From a virus (taxonomy: Duplodnaviria; Caudoviricetes), in IMG/VR virus record IMGVR_UViG_3300044723_003063, positions 1 through 45,513 of that record: a stretch of DNA of 45,513 bases. The stretch is one strand, 5' to 3'. The position numbers and the translations under genes were made by a program. Positions within the stretch are counted from its first letter, which is position 1; every line of letters starts with the position of its first letter. The notes below the pieces were generated by a model. That model was given only the letters and a program-made list of their open reading frames with translations, made no database searches and was not told the origin of the DNA. Shown here in pieces: positions 10,076 through 20,322 of this stretch.

Positions 10076-11060
10076 TGATCAGTTCCTCCACAACTGCTTG
10101 AGGGATTCTTAATGCATAAGCTGCATTGTCATGGAATCCGTAAGTTACTATTAGGTCGTTATCTACTACTGCTGCACCGCAGACAAACTCAATTCTCCCG
10201 GTCATAAATTTAAATACGTCTGAATATTTAACGATGTTCCAATCTTCATCCCAAACTATTATTCTATGATTGTAGATTCCATCTTTATTATTATTCTCAT
10301 TCATCCAAAAGTCAACCTCGTGAATAATACAAAGTCTATATTTACCCCATCTTACTACTGATGATCCTCCTCTTAGATCTTTGGCAATTTTTAGATTTTT
10401 AAAAGGTTTAGAAACAATAGTTTCACTAGATTGAGTTTCGGGATTAACTTTAACAACTTCAGTTGGATTGGTCCATTTTACATAACAGTAATCCATATCG
10501 TTGATAGGCATCCAGTTTTTCTCACAGTAAGATTCAAGATTGTCTGGGGGTTGTATTCTATAACGACTTACTTCTTTTATTTTCTGCTCAGTGTTTACAA
10601 CTTCGGATAATTCCATCCGACCTTCTCCGTTCGTTTTAGTATCCCTTCGAACTCCGGTAAGATACATTTTATCTGCCCATCTAACTACCCGGGCATCTTC
10701 TAGTCCTATAAATTCCCAGACCGGGGGGATATCTAATAAAGATGTATCGACTTTATGATGAGTTTCAACTTCTAAAGTTTTTTCATTTAGAGTACATAGG
10801 TAATTTATAGTTCTAAGATGGTTATCGTCTTCCGGATGTAAGTAAGCTAAAGGTCCCCAACGTCCTTGAAATTGCTGCTGGTTTTCACAGTGGTATAAAG
10901 CATATCCCACATTCCTAATATTGCATAAGAGTGTTCCATCTTTATCTAAAAAGATTGAGGGATTACATAAACCAGTTCCTCCGGATTCTTCTGCCGGAAT
11001 CTTTAATGGCGTAAAAGAACCGCCTTTATCTAAAACTAACTTAACTAGATTATCAATCAT
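10068..11060 (-). CDS. Five-bladed beta-propeller glyco-enzyme (GH130/GT91-like)
   Basis: CNPSI, LEDARVV, EKNWMP, LRGGS and IEFVCG blade motifs. Confidence 0.65.
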   Translation of the reverse strand: MIDNLVKLVLDKGGSFTPLKIPAEESGGTGLCNPSIFLDKDGTLLCNIRNVGYALYHCENQQQFQGRWGPLAYLHPEDDNHLRTINYLCTLNEKTLEVETHHKVDTSLLDIPPVWEFIGLEDARVVRWADKMYLTGVRRDTKTNGEGRMELSEVVNTEQKIKEVSRYRIQPPDNLESYCEKNWMPINDMDYCYVKWTNPTEVVKVNPETQSSETIVSKPFKNLKIAKDLRGGSSVVRWGKYRLCIIHEVDFWMNENNNKDGIYNHRIIVWDEDWNIVKYSDVFKFMTGRIEFVCGAAVVDNDLIVTYGFHDNAAYALRIPQAVVEELING

Positions 11061-11061
11061 T

Positions 11062-11646
11062 TTATTGATAGTGACCCCCTCCGGCCCACAGAACTAAACT
11101 TTTTCTAGTACCTGAAAGTACTGGTGTAACTCTATGTAAAAGGTAAGAAGGAAAGATTGCTACCATTCCTTTCTCTTTACTTAAGGCTTGGATTCCCCTT
11201 CCGGTATGAATCTGGAAGTCTCCTCCGGTATAATCTTTTTCGTCTGATAGTTGAACTATAATTGAGACTTTTCTATGAGCGATTGAGTTTGGTCCAATAT
11301 CCATATGCCAGTCGTAATGACCTCCTCCTCCGTTGTAGACAGTATATTGAATGCTGTCAATTATAGAATGAAGGTTAAATTTCCAAAGGGTCTGATTAGC
11401 TTCATTAGCGTAAATCATTAAACAATCGTAAATCCATTCTGTATTTTTATCTGGATGCAGCCATTTAATAGTGCTTTTTCTAACTGCTTCAGAGTTGCCG
11501 CTTACAAAAGTGGCTTTTTCATCAGGGTACTTTTTAGCGATTCTATCAATTTTATTTACATCTGCTTTACAGAATCCTTCTTCAAAAAAGTAGAAGTTGG
11601 TTTGGTCTACGGATAAATCCGGTTCAAATATGAGTTTAGAATTCAT
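11062..11646 (-). CDS. 2OG-Fe(II) oxygenase (prolyl-hydroxylase/PKHD-like)
   Basis: HxD (WHMD), RKVSIIVQLS, YTGGDF, FPSYLLHRVTPV..GTRKSLVLW. Confidence 0.9.
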   Translation of the reverse strand: MNSKLIFEPDLSVDQTNFYFFEEGFCKADVNKIDRIAKKYPDEKATFVSGNSEAVRKSTIKWLHPDKNTEWIYDCLMIYANEANQTLWKFNLHSIIDSIQYTVYNGGGGHYDWHMDIGPNSIAHRKVSIIVQLSDEKDYTGGDFQIHTGRGIQALSKEKGMVAIFPSYLLHRVTPVLSGTRKSLVLWAGGGHYQ

Positions 11647-11659
11647 AACTATTATTATA

Positions 11660-11688
11660 AAGATAGAATCTTTTTAGTAAGATTGCAA
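11660..11688 (-). promoter_or_regulatory. Sigma70-like promoter TTGCAA-N17-TATCTT heading the modification operon
   Basis: Exact 17-nt spacer in the intergenic gap; no TATTTATA motif here. Confidence 0.55.
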
Positions 11689-11692
11689 GCTA

Positions 11693-12361
11693 TTAAAAAG
11701 CATTTACTTCTACATAAAATCCCTCATAACCTTGACCTGTAGAAGCGGCATTAACTGAGCTATAACTTCCCCAGTTAAATAGGTTAGAACCTGGGTTAAG
11801 ACCTCCTCCTGTTACAACTGTGGTTCCATTAATGTTTATATCACAGCTGCCGAAGTCGTTTACATTAACTTCAACTTCCCAGTACCCTACTGCCAGGATT
11901 GGCTCATTACCACCGCCGCCAGTAACATCAAAATTTGAATTACCTCCTCCTTCAGGAACAGGGCCTGAATTTCCTTGGGCGTATAAGTAACTTCCGTTAC
12001 TATCGTAGAATGTTATAGTAACATCAATATCGTTAGGGGGATTAGGAGGTACTGAAGCAAGGTAGTTGTTGTTAACATCTGCTCCTATCTTATAAGAGGA
12101 ATTTTCATAAAAGTAAGTTAATCCTGCAAAGTCTGCTACTTGAAAAGGTCCTGAAGTATTTACTGATAGTCCGTATATTCTATTTGCTCCTGCATTTCCG
12201 CTTTGACCCCATGCGTTATAAGAGATTGTACTATCTCCGGATGGTCCTTGACTCCAATCATAAGAAGCTAAATCTTCAAAACTGACATCTGTACTTGTAC
12301 CACCGTTAGCTTCATTATAAATGTCTCCATTTATTTTAATATTTGAAGATGGTACAGCCAT
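11693..12361 (-). CDS. Putative fibre-tip/receptor-binding accessory protein
   Basis: Gly/Asn/aromatic-rich 222-aa protein downstream of the collagen fibre. Confidence 0.55.
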   Translation of the reverse strand: MAVPSSNIKINGDIYNEANGGTSTDVSFEDLASYDWSQGPSGDSTISYNAWGQSGNAGANRIYGLSVNTSGPFQVADFAGLTYFYENSSYKIGADVNNNYLASVPPNPPNDIDVTITFYDSNGSYLYAQGNSGPVPEGGGNSNFDVTGGGGNEPILAVGYWEVEVNVNDFGSCDININGTTVVTGGGLNPGSNLFNWGSYSSVNAASTGQGYEGFYVEVNAF

Positions 12362-12363
12362 AC

Positions 12364-12711
12364 TTAGTCTACTGTTATATTAGTAATATTAAATGTAGTA
12401 CTTGGAGACATAGATTCTAATTGATTAATTATTTCTGAACTAATCCAATATAGGTACTTGTCTGTAACATTTGAACCTGAGGCATTAATTGGAGCTGAAC
12501 CTGTTATATTAAACCCTATAGAGGTTATATGTGTGTCTCCGCTACCTAATGCAGGTATTGAACTTGTTACAAAAGTAGAGTAGTCTCTATACATTCTAGT
12601 CTCTACTGGGATTTCATCGCCTGTAGCAGCTAGGTAAGGTGTAATTCTGAAATAAGGAGCATCATAACTGGCGTTATTGTACGTAAATGAACCTGTTGCT
12701 TGAATTCCCAT
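12364..12711 (-). CDS. Small fibre-associated protein
   Basis: 115-aa ORF abutting the fibre gene; contains TGS/SGS motifs. Confidence 0.6.
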   Translation of the reverse strand: MGIQATGSFTYNNASYDAPYFRITPYLAATGDEIPVETRMYRDYSTFVTSSIPALGSGDTHITSIGFNITGSAPINASGSNVTDKYLYWISSEIINQLESMSPSTTFNITNITVD

Positions 12712-12713
12712 AA

Positions 12714-15700
12714 TTATTTATTCTTTAATTTAGTTATTTCTTCTTTTAATTCGTCAATTTGCTTTTGCTGTTCTTTGATACCTTCAATTAACAGCCCTGC
12801 TAAGTTTCCGTATGCTACTGATAAATACCCTTCAGCATCTGTTGATACTGCTTCTGGAGCTACTTTTTGTATCTCTTGAGCAATAACTCCCATTTTTCTT
12901 TTGGTTTGATCAGTATCGGTTTTTATGAAGGTAACACCTCTAACTTCTTTTATTTTATCTAGAGCATTTTCAATTATTTGAATTTCTGTTTTCTTTCTAA
13001 TATCTGAAGATGCTATAATATCTCCTGAAGCGTATATTGAGTCTCCTGATACATCTAAAGCTACATGTAGTGGATAACTTGGAGATGTTGTACCAATACC
13101 TACTCTTCTATCATTTCTGATAGCCATAATGATACTTCTAGAATCATTAACAAATTGTGCAGAGTAAGTACCGGATGTTGTTCCTGTACCCCTAACAGCA
13201 AATTCTGTTGATGCCGGAGGAGTGTTAGTAGAAACATCATATCCTACAAATACACCTTGATCACGTCCTGCTGTATCAGTATCTAATAACAAAGGATTGT
13301 AACTTGGACTAGAACCATTACCGTAGTTATACCCGGTAAACTGTGTATAGGTTGTTGAACCTTGCCAGTTAAATATAAATCCAGAAGCAGATCCACCTGT
13401 TTGACCACATCCAAAGAAGGCATAAGTTCCGTCTCTGAAGTCCATTATAGTGGTACCGTTTCCTGTTTCTGTTACAAAGTTTTTAGTTGCCGATGTTGTT
13501 CCTCCTCCTTTTACAGATAAAGTAGCTGTTGCTGAAGCACCGCTTCCTACCTTAAGAGAAGATCCATCAAAGATTAAATTAGCCTCTGAATTGATTGTAC
13601 TAGCATCGACAGAAGTTATTACTCTATTATTAGATGCATTTGTATAAGAGGTTATTCCAGCGTTAGCTCCTGTGGTTCCTTGAGGTCCAGTAGGGCCTGT
13701 TCCTCCTGTTGTACCTTGGCTTCCTGTTGGTCCGTTAGGACCAGTAGCACCAGTAGTACCTTGAGAACCAGTTGTTCCGGTAGTACCTTGAGGGCCATTA
13801 GGACCAGTTGGTCCAGTTGTTCCGGTAGTACCTTGAGAACCAGTTGTTCCGGTAGTACCTTGAGGGCCATTAGGACCAGTTGGTCCAGTTGTTCCGGTAG
13901 TACCTTGACTTCCAGTTGTTCCGGTAGTACCTTGAGGGCCATTAGGACCAGTTGGTCCAGTTGTTCCGGTAGTACCTTGACTTCCAGTTGTTCCGGTAGT
14001 ACCTTGAGGGCCATTAGGACCAGTTGGTCCAGTTGTTCCGGTAGTACCTTGACTTCCAGTCGTACCAGTTGTACCTTGAGGACCGTTAGGTCCGTTTGGT
14101 CCGGTAGCACCTGTTGTACCTTGAGGTCCATTAGGTCCGTTTGGTCCGGTAGCACCAGTTGTTCCTTGTGAACCAGTCGTACCTATTGTACCTTGAGGAC
14201 CTGTTGTACCGTTAGTACCTTGAGGTCCGTTAGGTCCGTTAGGACCAGTAGCACCTGTTGTTCCTTGTGAACCAGTGGTACCTGTTGTACCTTGTGACCC
14301 AGTAGGACCTGTAGGACCTGTTCCTCCGGTAGCACCTGTTGTACCTTGAGACCCAGTAGTACCGGTAGTACCTTGAGACCCGGTCGGTCCAGTTGGTCCA
14401 GTATTTCCAGTAGTACCTTGAGAACCTGTTGGTCCGGTAGGGCCTGTTGGTCCGGTAGGGCCTGTTGTTCCCTGACTTCCGGTCGTACCGGTTGTTCCTT
14501 GAGAACCTGTTGGTCCGGTAGGGCCTGTTGCCCCAGTTGTTCCTTGACTTCCAGTAGTACCTGTTGTTCCTTGAGAACCTGTTGGTCCGGTAGGACCTGT
14601 TGATCCAGTTGTTCCTTGAGACCCAGTTGGTCCAGTAGGGCCAGTTGCTCCAGTAGTACCTTGTGAACCTGTTGTACCTGTCGTACCTTGAGATCCTGTC
14701 GGTCCGGTAGGTCCTGTATTACCTGTGGTTCCTTGGCTTCCAGTCGTACCAGTTGTTCCTTGAGGACCCGTTGGTCCAGTAGGACCTGTATTTCCTGTAG
14801 TACCCTGTAATCCTTCAGGTATTATAAAGTCAAAATTAGCTGCTGTAGGAGAGCCTATATTATTTACAGATGCTGCTGTTCCAGGAGTTCCTGTTGTTGT
14901 ACTATTAACTGCTATAGTAGCGGCAGTACCTGTTGTACCTTGAGGTCCTATTGGTCCAGTTGGTCCAGTATTTCCTGTGGTTCCTTGACTTCCTGTAGGA
15001 CCGGTTGGTCCAGTAGGACCGGTATTTCCTGTTGTACCTTGAGTACCAGTTGTACCAGTAGTACCTTGACTTCCGGTAGGACCGGTTGGTCCGGTATTTC
15101 CTGTTGTACCTTGGCTACCAGTTGGTCCAGTTGGACCTGTTGCTCCTGTTGTACCCTGTGTCCCTGTCGGTCCAGTAGGTCCAGTAGGTCCAGTGTTACC
15201 AGTAGTACCTTGAGAACCTGTTGTTCCGGTAGTACCCTGTGAACCTGTTGGTCCAGTTGGTCCAGTAGGGCCTGTTGTACCCTGTGAACCTGTTGGTCCA
15301 GTTGGTCCAGTAGGGCCTGTTGTACCTGTTGTTCCTTGAGAACCGGTTGGCCCGGTTGGCCCGGTAGCACCAGTAGTTCCTTGAGACCCGATAGGTCCGG
15401 TTGAACCGGTAGTACCTTGAGTACCTGTAGTACCTTGAGCGGCCATCAATTCCCATGATAGTGGGTTGGATGAAGGTATGTTGTTCAGGTTACTGTTTTG
15501 TAAACTTATATAGCTTTCACTATTATACTCTACTACATCATTTATAGAGTAGCTTGTTGCACCACTCCAGGTTCCTCTCCAGGTAAAACTTGTTCCAGTA
15601 GTACCCTGTGAACCTGTTGGTCCAGTTGGTCCGGTTGGTCCAGTAGCTCCAGTTGTTCCTTGACTTCCTGTAGGACCTGTAGGTCCAGTGTTACCAGTAG

Positions 15701-16556
15701 TACCTTGAGAACCTGTTGTTCCAGTAGTACCCTGTGAACCTGTTGTTCCAGTAGTACCCTGTGAACCTGTTGGTCCAGTTGGTCCAGTTGGTCCGGTTGG
15801 TCCAGTAGCTCCAGTTGTTCCTTGACTTCCTGTAGGACCGGTTGGTCCAGTATTTCCAGTAGTTCCTTGTGAACCTGTTGTTCCTGTTGTTCCTTGAGAT
15901 CCAGTAGGTCCAGTCGGTCCAGTATCTCCTGTTGTTCCTTGAGAACCAGTCGTACCTGTTGTACCTTGAGGACCAGTAGGGCCTGTTGGTCCGGTATTTC
16001 CCGTTGTACCTTGAATACCAGTTGTTCCTGTTGTTCCTTGTGTTCCAGTAGTTCCTTGACTTCCTGTTGGTCCAGTTGCACCGGTAGTACCTTGTGAACC
16101 TGTCGTACCTGTCGTACCCTGGCTACCTGTTGGTCCGGTTGGTCCAGTAGCTCCTGTTGTACCTTGGGTACCAGTGGTTCCTTGAGAACCAGTAGCTCCT
16201 GTTGTACCTTGGGTACCAGTGGTTCCTTGAGAACCAGTAGCTCCTGTTGTACCTTGACTTCCAGTCGTACCAGTTGTACCTTGAGGTCCAGTAGGTCCGT
16301 TAGGACCTGTCGTACCGGTAGTTCCTTGGGTACCTGTTGTACCTGTTGTTCCTTGAGAACCGGTTGGCCCTGTTGTTCCTTGAGGTCCAGTTGCACCAGT
16401 CGCACCTTGTATACTTGCAGGTGCTGCTCCGTTTATAGAAATATCAACACCGGTTGCAACTGCCCCGGACTTTTTCATAGTTAGAACAACTGATTGGGTT
16501 CCGTCTATAAAATCTAGACTTCCGGAGGCTGGTATTATTTGAACATTTTTGGCCAT
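12714..16556 (-). CDS. Collagen-like long fibre with C-terminal intramolecular chaperone (peptidase S74-type)
   Basis: About 900 aa of Gly-X-Y ([12 protein letters not shown]) with two non-collagen inserts, RVGIGTTSP beta repeat, and SSDIRKK..ALDKI..GVIAQEI..VAYGNL plus coiled coil. Confidence 0.92.
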   Translation of the reverse strand: MAKNVQIIPASGSLDFIDGTQSVVLTMKKSGAVATGVDISINGAAPASIQGATGATGPQGTTGPTGSQGTTGTTGTQGTTGTTGPNGPTGPQGTTGTTGSQGTTGATGSQGTTGTQGTTGATGSQGTTGTQGTTGATGPTGPTGSQGTTGTTGSQGTTGATGPTGSQGTTGTQGTTGTTGIQGTTGNTGPTGPTGPQGTTGTTGSQGTTGDTGPTGPTGSQGTTGTTGSQGTTGNTGPTGPTGSQGTTGATGPTGPTGPTGPTGSQGTTGTTGSQGTTGTTGSQGTTGNTGPTGPTGSQGTTGATGPTGPTGPTGSQGTTGTSFTWRGTWSGATSYSINDVVEYNSESYISLQNSNLNNIPSSNPLSWELMAAQGTTGTQGTTGSTGPIGSQGTTGATGPTGPTGSQGTTGTTGPTGPTGPTGSQGTTGPTGPTGPTGSQGTTGTTGSQGTTGNTGPTGPTGPTGTQGTTGATGPTGPTGSQGTTGNTGPTGPTGSQGTTGTTGTQGTTGNTGPTGPTGPTGSQGTTGNTGPTGPIGPQGTTGTAATIAVNSTTTGTPGTAASVNNIGSPTAANFDFIIPEGLQGTTGNTGPTGPTGPQGTTGTTGSQGTTGNTGPTGPTGSQGTTGTTGSQGTTGATGPTGPTGSQGTTGSTGPTGPTGSQGTTGTTGSQGTTGATGPTGPTGSQGTTGTTGSQGTTGPTGPTGPTGPTGSQGTTGNTGPTGPTGSQGTTGTTGSQGTTGATGGTGPTGPTGSQGTTGTTGSQGTTGATGPNGPNGPQGTNGTTGPQGTIGTTGSQGTTGATGPNGPNGPQGTTGATGPNGPNGPQGTTGTTGSQGTTGTTGPTGPNGPQGTTGTTGSQGTTGTTGPTGPNGPQGTTGTTGSQGTTGTTGPTGPNGPQGTTGTTGSQGTTGTTGPTGPNGPQGTTGTTGSQGTTGATGPNGPTGSQGTTGGTGPTGPQGTTGANAGITSYTNASNNRVITSVDASTINSEANLIFDGSSLKVGSGASATATLSVKGGGTTSATKNFVTETGNGTTIMDFRDGTYAFFGCGQTGGSASGFIFNWQGSTTYTQFTGYNYGNGSSPSYNPLLLDTDTAGRDQGVFVGYDVSTNTPPASTEFAVRGTGTTSGTYSAQFVNDSRSIIMAIRNDRRVGIGTTSPSYPLHVALDVSGDSIYASGDIIASSDIRKKTEIQIIENALDKIKEVRGVTFIKTDTDQTKRKMGVIAQEIQKVAPEAVSTDAEGYLSVAYGNLAGLLIEGIKEQQKQIDELKEEITKLKNK
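13770..14060. repeat. About 4 x 72-bp near-identical coding tandem repeat
   Basis: TGAGGGCCATTAGGACCAGTTGG starts at 13789, 13861, 13933 and 14005; the unit encodes [24 protein letters not shown]. Confidence 0.85.
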
Positions 16557-16560
16557 CTAG

Positions 16561-17280
16561 TTATAAATATTTTTCTTCTTTGTATTCAACAACAAGTTTT
16601 TCAACGTCTTTTCTTTCTCCGTATACAGTAAAGTGGTAGTTAGGAGTACCGCAGGCACACCCTATAATAACCTGGTTATCTCTTATGTCTTCTATGTAAT
16701 GCTGACAAGGAGAACCAAAGGGTGTTAAATTTACTGTTATACTCTCTTCTTCTACTAAATCTACCCAGTAATCTGGAAGATCGATTATGTTTGAGGTTGA
16801 TTTTCCTCTATAGTATACTGCGATTTCAGGTCCCTCTAAAGATGAGTGTCTTAATTTGTACCCTTCTTTTTCCGGACTTGGATGATCAATTACGAAGTTC
16901 TTGATGGTTGCAGTAACAACATCTACGTTTACTGCCGAGCCTGGCACGGTTCCGTTTAGTGCTCCAATACCTAGTGAGATATTACCTCCATTAGTATCTA
17001 TGGACCCTCCGGTTGTATTAAGAGAGCCTCCTCCGGTGTCAAGAGTTCCGCCTCCGTCCATAGTGATATTGCCACCTTGGGAGACTGTGAGTGATCCGGA
17101 TATAGAAGCATTACCGTTAACGTCTAGTTTTTCTGAAGGACTAGCGGTTCCAATACCAACACGGTTGTTACTTGAATCTACATGAAGAGTATTTGTATCT
17201 ACTGTTAGATCTTGAGTGATTTCTAACGAGTTCAGGGCAGCATCGCTGCCGGATATAATGACTTTTTTCCAGCTTGGCAT
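16561..17280 (-). CDS. Fibre/spike protein
   Basis: NRVGIGTASP repeat, GG-x5 beta repeats, and C-terminal KNFVIDHP..LRHSSLEGPE..LPDYW..GERKD domain of the kind seen on phage fibres. Confidence 0.75.
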   Translation of the reverse strand: MPSWKKVIISGSDAALNSLEITQDLTVDTNTLHVDSSNNRVGIGTASPSEKLDVNGNASISGSLTVSQGGNITMDGGGTLDTGGGSLNTTGGSIDTNGGNISLGIGALNGTVPGSAVNVDVVTATIKNFVIDHPSPEKEGYKLRHSSLEGPEIAVYYRGKSTSNIIDLPDYWVDLVEEESITVNLTPFGSPCQHYIEDIRDNQVIIGCACGTPNYHFTVYGERKDVEKLVVEYKEEKYL

Positions 17281-17290
17281 ATGTTCAATT

Positions 17291-17340
17291 ACGGTTGGTT
17301 ACAGGATTTGTGCCTGCCCACTTCCCTTTCAAGGGCCTAT
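17291..17340 (-). ncRNA. Candidate structured cis-regulatory RNA in a 5' leader
   Basis: GC-rich UAGGCCCUUGAAAGGGAAGUGGGCAGGCACAAAUCCUGUAACCAACC lying between TATTTATA (17350-17357) and ATG (17280), with two hairpins. Family not identified. Confidence 0.45.
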
Positions 17341-17383
17341 AATATCCTTTATAAATATATCGTAAATATGATTACGAGTCTAC

Positions 17384-17620
17384 TTATTTTACAAACCTAT
17401 GTTTAGGTTTTTCCGGTTCAGCTTTTAATTGATCCTGAACGTTCTGGATCTGGGCTTTTTCTTCTTCTTCAGCTTTTTGAAGGGCTTGATACCCACCGGA
17501 TAATTTTTCTTGAAGAAGTGCTACTTTCATAGCATCTTTGCCGTAAATTTGAATTTGATCTAAAGCCGAAAGTAAGACCTGATGCTCTACTATGTCTAAT
17601 TGCTGTTCTAGGATCTTCAT
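17384..17620 (-). CDS. Small helical protein (possible fibre chaperone)
   Basis: 78 aa, coupled to the upstream ORF by TAATG; LLSALDQIQIYGKD resembles ILSGLGEASFKGRQ of its neighbour. Confidence 0.65.
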   Translation of the reverse strand: MKILEQQLDIVEHQVLLSALDQIQIYGKDAMKVALLQEKLSGGYQALQKAEEEEKAQIQNVQDQLKAEPEKPKHRFVK

Positions 17621-17814
17621 TATAACTTCTGATGTGCTTCCTGTAGCTTGATTACGAGCTTGTAGAGTAACTCCAATTGACGGCCTTTGAAAGATGCTTC
17701 ACCTAGACCGCTTAATATAATTTCTAATTCCTGTTTAGACAGGTCAAGAGAGGCGTTGGTTACCTCTCCTGACTTATCGTTATTGTTTTTCTTAATATGT
17801 CCTAATAACCCCAT
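17620..17814 (-). CDS. Small helical protein (possible fibre chaperone)
   Basis: 64 aa, preceded by TTGCCT-N17-TAAATT. Confidence 0.65.
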   Translation of the reverse strand: MGLLGHIKKNNNDKSGEVTNASLDLSKQELEIILSGLGEASFKGRQLELLYKLVIKLQEAHQKL

Positions 17815-17821
17815 TGGTATT

Positions 17822-17850
17822 AATTTATAACTTTTTAACTAAGAAGGCAA
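17822..17850 (-). promoter_or_regulatory. Sigma70-like promoter TTGCCT-N17-TAAATT
   Basis: Same AAGTTGCCT start and 17-nt spacer as the site at 7923-7951. Confidence 0.5.
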
Positions 17851-17863
17851 CTTAAATCTACTT

Positions 17864-19519
17864 TTACGAGTAGATAAAGATATCTCCGCTGTCAACTTTT
17901 ATGTTACCGTTCTTTTGATAAGCTGCAACATCTGATTGACCGGCATCTATATCAACTATTGCTCCCATAAATGCTGCAGGAGTATAAGCTGAAGCTGAAG
18001 CGTTGAAGGTTGTATCAACTCCCCATCTAGCTGTAGATGCTCCATCGTATGCAAATACTGCTCCTGTTTTTCCTGCTTCTTGCTGTATTACGATACCACC
18101 GTCACCGGCTGCTGTTGAACCAGAAGCAAGTAATATAAATCTATCTGCAACTTCTAAGTTCTGAACGTTTTCAAATGATGCAGTACCTCTTACAATGATA
18201 TCTGTTTGGAATGTTGCAACTCCTGTTACTGATAAGGTATCGTCTATTATAGTGGTTCCACCGGCAGAGTCGATTGTTAAATTACCAGAAGTAGTATCAA
18301 TTTCACCGTCTGCAGTTATACCTACTTGTATATTTCCTGCTGTTACACCGGCGAATGATGGATTATCACCAGTCTGTAATCCTGTATCAACGTCTGTCTG
18401 TACTCCGTTAATCTCTGCTCTTACTGTACCTTGAGAAGGTGAAGAGAATGCTGATTGAGAAACGTGTCCTGATCCTGCAAAGCTTAATTTAGTGTAAACA
18501 ATACCTGCAGATCCATTAACGTCGTCATTTACGATTACTCCAGATCCGATAGCTGCAACTCCTGTTCCAGAGTTGATTGTAATATCACCACTTACTCCAG
18601 CATAAGTTGAACTTGAGTAGTAAGGTAGTAATGAACCAGAATCTACATGAAGTTCTTTACTGCTTAAAACAGTCAAACCTTCACCTGCAAAGTTAGTTGC
18701 TAAAGTCCCTAATTCTAAAAATTTACCTGTTACACCGTTATCATCGCTGTAGAAGAATCTATCTGTTCCGGCAAGAGGGGCATTCTTTTGTGTTGATGGG
18801 AAGGTAGCTGTTACTCCAGATAATGCAGAACCGTCTCCAGTATATGATCCAGAGAAGGAACCTGATAGGCTAGAATTAGCACCTGTTAAAATAATGTCAG
18901 ATCCAACACCGGTTATATCGCCTGCATTGGTTAAGGATATGCCTACAAAGCTACCGGATGTGAATGTACCAGCAGCAGGAGTTGATCCACCGATTACTGT
19001 ATTATCAATAGTACCACCGTCGATTGTTAAGTCGTCAGCTACATAAGTATCTGCGATTGCAGTACCCTGCCAAGTACCAGTTCCGATAGTACCTAATGTA
19101 GTGACGTTTGTACTACCTTGGTAACCATCTTTCAAGCCATCGGGTGTTACAGCTAAAGTTGTACTAGTACCAGTAGTTGTTTCAGCTGTAGTTGCTAACT
19201 CAACAATACCTTTATTAGTTGTACTAGCATCTTCACCGGCAATGGTGATCGAACCAGCACCGTTGGTAATGTCAATACCTTCACCGGCTGTTAGAGTTGC
19301 TACGGTAGGATCTCCTGTTCCGTCTCCAATTAATAACTGACCGTTTGTCAGTACTGCTGTTGCTGTGATTGCTCCGGTGCCACTTCCTAAAAGAATACCA
19401 CCGTCGGTTAATGAGGTTGCCCCAGTACCACCGTTTGCTACAGATAGTGCTGTATCGAGCGTTAATCCTGATAGTTCTGCGGATGATCCGGAGACTATGA
19501 CTTTTTTCCAACTTGCCAT
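17864..19519 (-). CDS. Tail fibre protein
   Basis: VANGGTGATSL and ASTTNKGIVELATTAE..AVTP fibre repeats; IDGGTIDNTVIGG; Gly/Thr/Ser-rich. Confidence 0.8.
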   Translation of the reverse strand: MASWKKVIVSGSSAELSGLTLDTALSVANGGTGATSLTDGGILLGSGTGAITATAVLTNGQLLIGDGTGDPTVATLTAGEGIDITNGAGSITIAGEDASTTNKGIVELATTAETTTGTSTTLAVTPDGLKDGYQGSTNVTTLGTIGTGTWQGTAIADTYVADDLTIDGGTIDNTVIGGSTPAAGTFTSGSFVGISLTNAGDITGVGSDIILTGANSSLSGSFSGSYTGDGSALSGVTATFPSTQKNAPLAGTDRFFYSDDNGVTGKFLELGTLATNFAGEGLTVLSSKELHVDSGSLLPYYSSSTYAGVSGDITINSGTGVAAIGSGVIVNDDVNGSAGIVYTKLSFAGSGHVSQSAFSSPSQGTVRAEINGVQTDVDTGLQTGDNPSFAGVTAGNIQVGITADGEIDTTSGNLTIDSAGGTTIIDDTLSVTGVATFQTDIIVRGTASFENVQNLEVADRFILLASGSTAAGDGGIVIQQEAGKTGAVFAYDGASTARWGVDTTFNASASAYTPAAFMGAIVDIDAGQSDVAAYQKNGNIKVDSGDIFIYS

Positions 19520-19560
19520 TTTATTTTCTTAGTTTTTTTTTGTACGTTATTAATAAATAG

Positions 19561-20322
19561 TTAGGAGCCGAAGAAAAAATCTCCTGATCCTGAATAGAAT
19601 ATACCGCCTTCAACTGCTGTCGGGGTGGTGGTGTTTGTTTTTAAGATAGTTACTCCTTTATTATTAACTTTAAACATATCCACTGATGCAGATTTGATTA
19701 AAAATATATCGCTAGATATATCAACAGAAGCTGTTATCGACCCTGTTGTTATTAGGTTAGTAAATGAATTTAAAGCGTAAGAAGCTGTTAATGCAAACGA
19801 TGCAGTATCCGCTAAAGAAGCTGTTATATTTTGACTTCCAGTAGTGTCTGTTGTTGCAACCGGATGACCATCTATAGATAAGGTTACTATACCTTCATCT
19901 GTTGTTATAATGGTTAACGGGTGAGTTATTGACTCACTAACAAAATATATTGTAGAATCTCCAACGTAAAGATCTTTCCATGCATTAGTCGCACTTCCTA
20001 AAGAAAAAGACGATACTCCAGTTCCAGAATCGGCATTAGGAAGTAAACTTCCAGACATTAAAAAGCTTCCGGATAAAGTTAGTGCTCCTGTTGAATCATC
20101 AAATAAAAATAAACTACTACCAGAAACTTGTGTTCCAGATTTATTATACTGTACAGCAGTAATAGGTCCAGATGCTTCAGCTGATCCAGAAGGTCCGGCA
20201 GGTCCTTGAGGTCCTACAGCACCCTGTGGTCCTTGAGCGACGACCTGGACTATCTGGGTTTGGTCTTCCTGGACTATTACTCGATTCTCATCGACGTTTA
20301 TATGTATGTTGTTGCCTGCCAT
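19561..20322 (-). CDS. Virion fibre-associated protein with a short collagen segment
   Basis: GPQGAVGPQGPAGPSG, SLGSATNAWKDLYV and many SGS/TAS motifs. Confidence 0.7.
   Translation of the reverse strand: MAGNNIHINVDENRVIVQEDQTQIVQVVAQGPQGAVGPQGPAGPSGSAEASGPITAVQYNKSGTQVSGSSLFLFDDSTGALTLSGSFLMSGSLLPNADSGTGVSSFSLGSATNAWKDLYVGDSTIYFVSESITHPLTIITTDEGIVTLSIDGHPVATTDTTGSQNITASLADTASFALTASYALNSFTNLITTGSITASVDISSDIFLIKSASVDMFKVNNKGVTILKTNTTTPTAVEGGIFYSGSGDFFFGS

Noticed and set aside
13770-14060. Possible CRISPR array
   Set aside because: Units are contiguous in-frame coding repeats with no unique spacers.
13450-16484. Many long alternate-frame and antisense ORFs over the collagen gene
   Set aside because: Shadow ORFs produced by stop-free GGN-ACN-CCN repeats; no start context and no slippery-site evidence.
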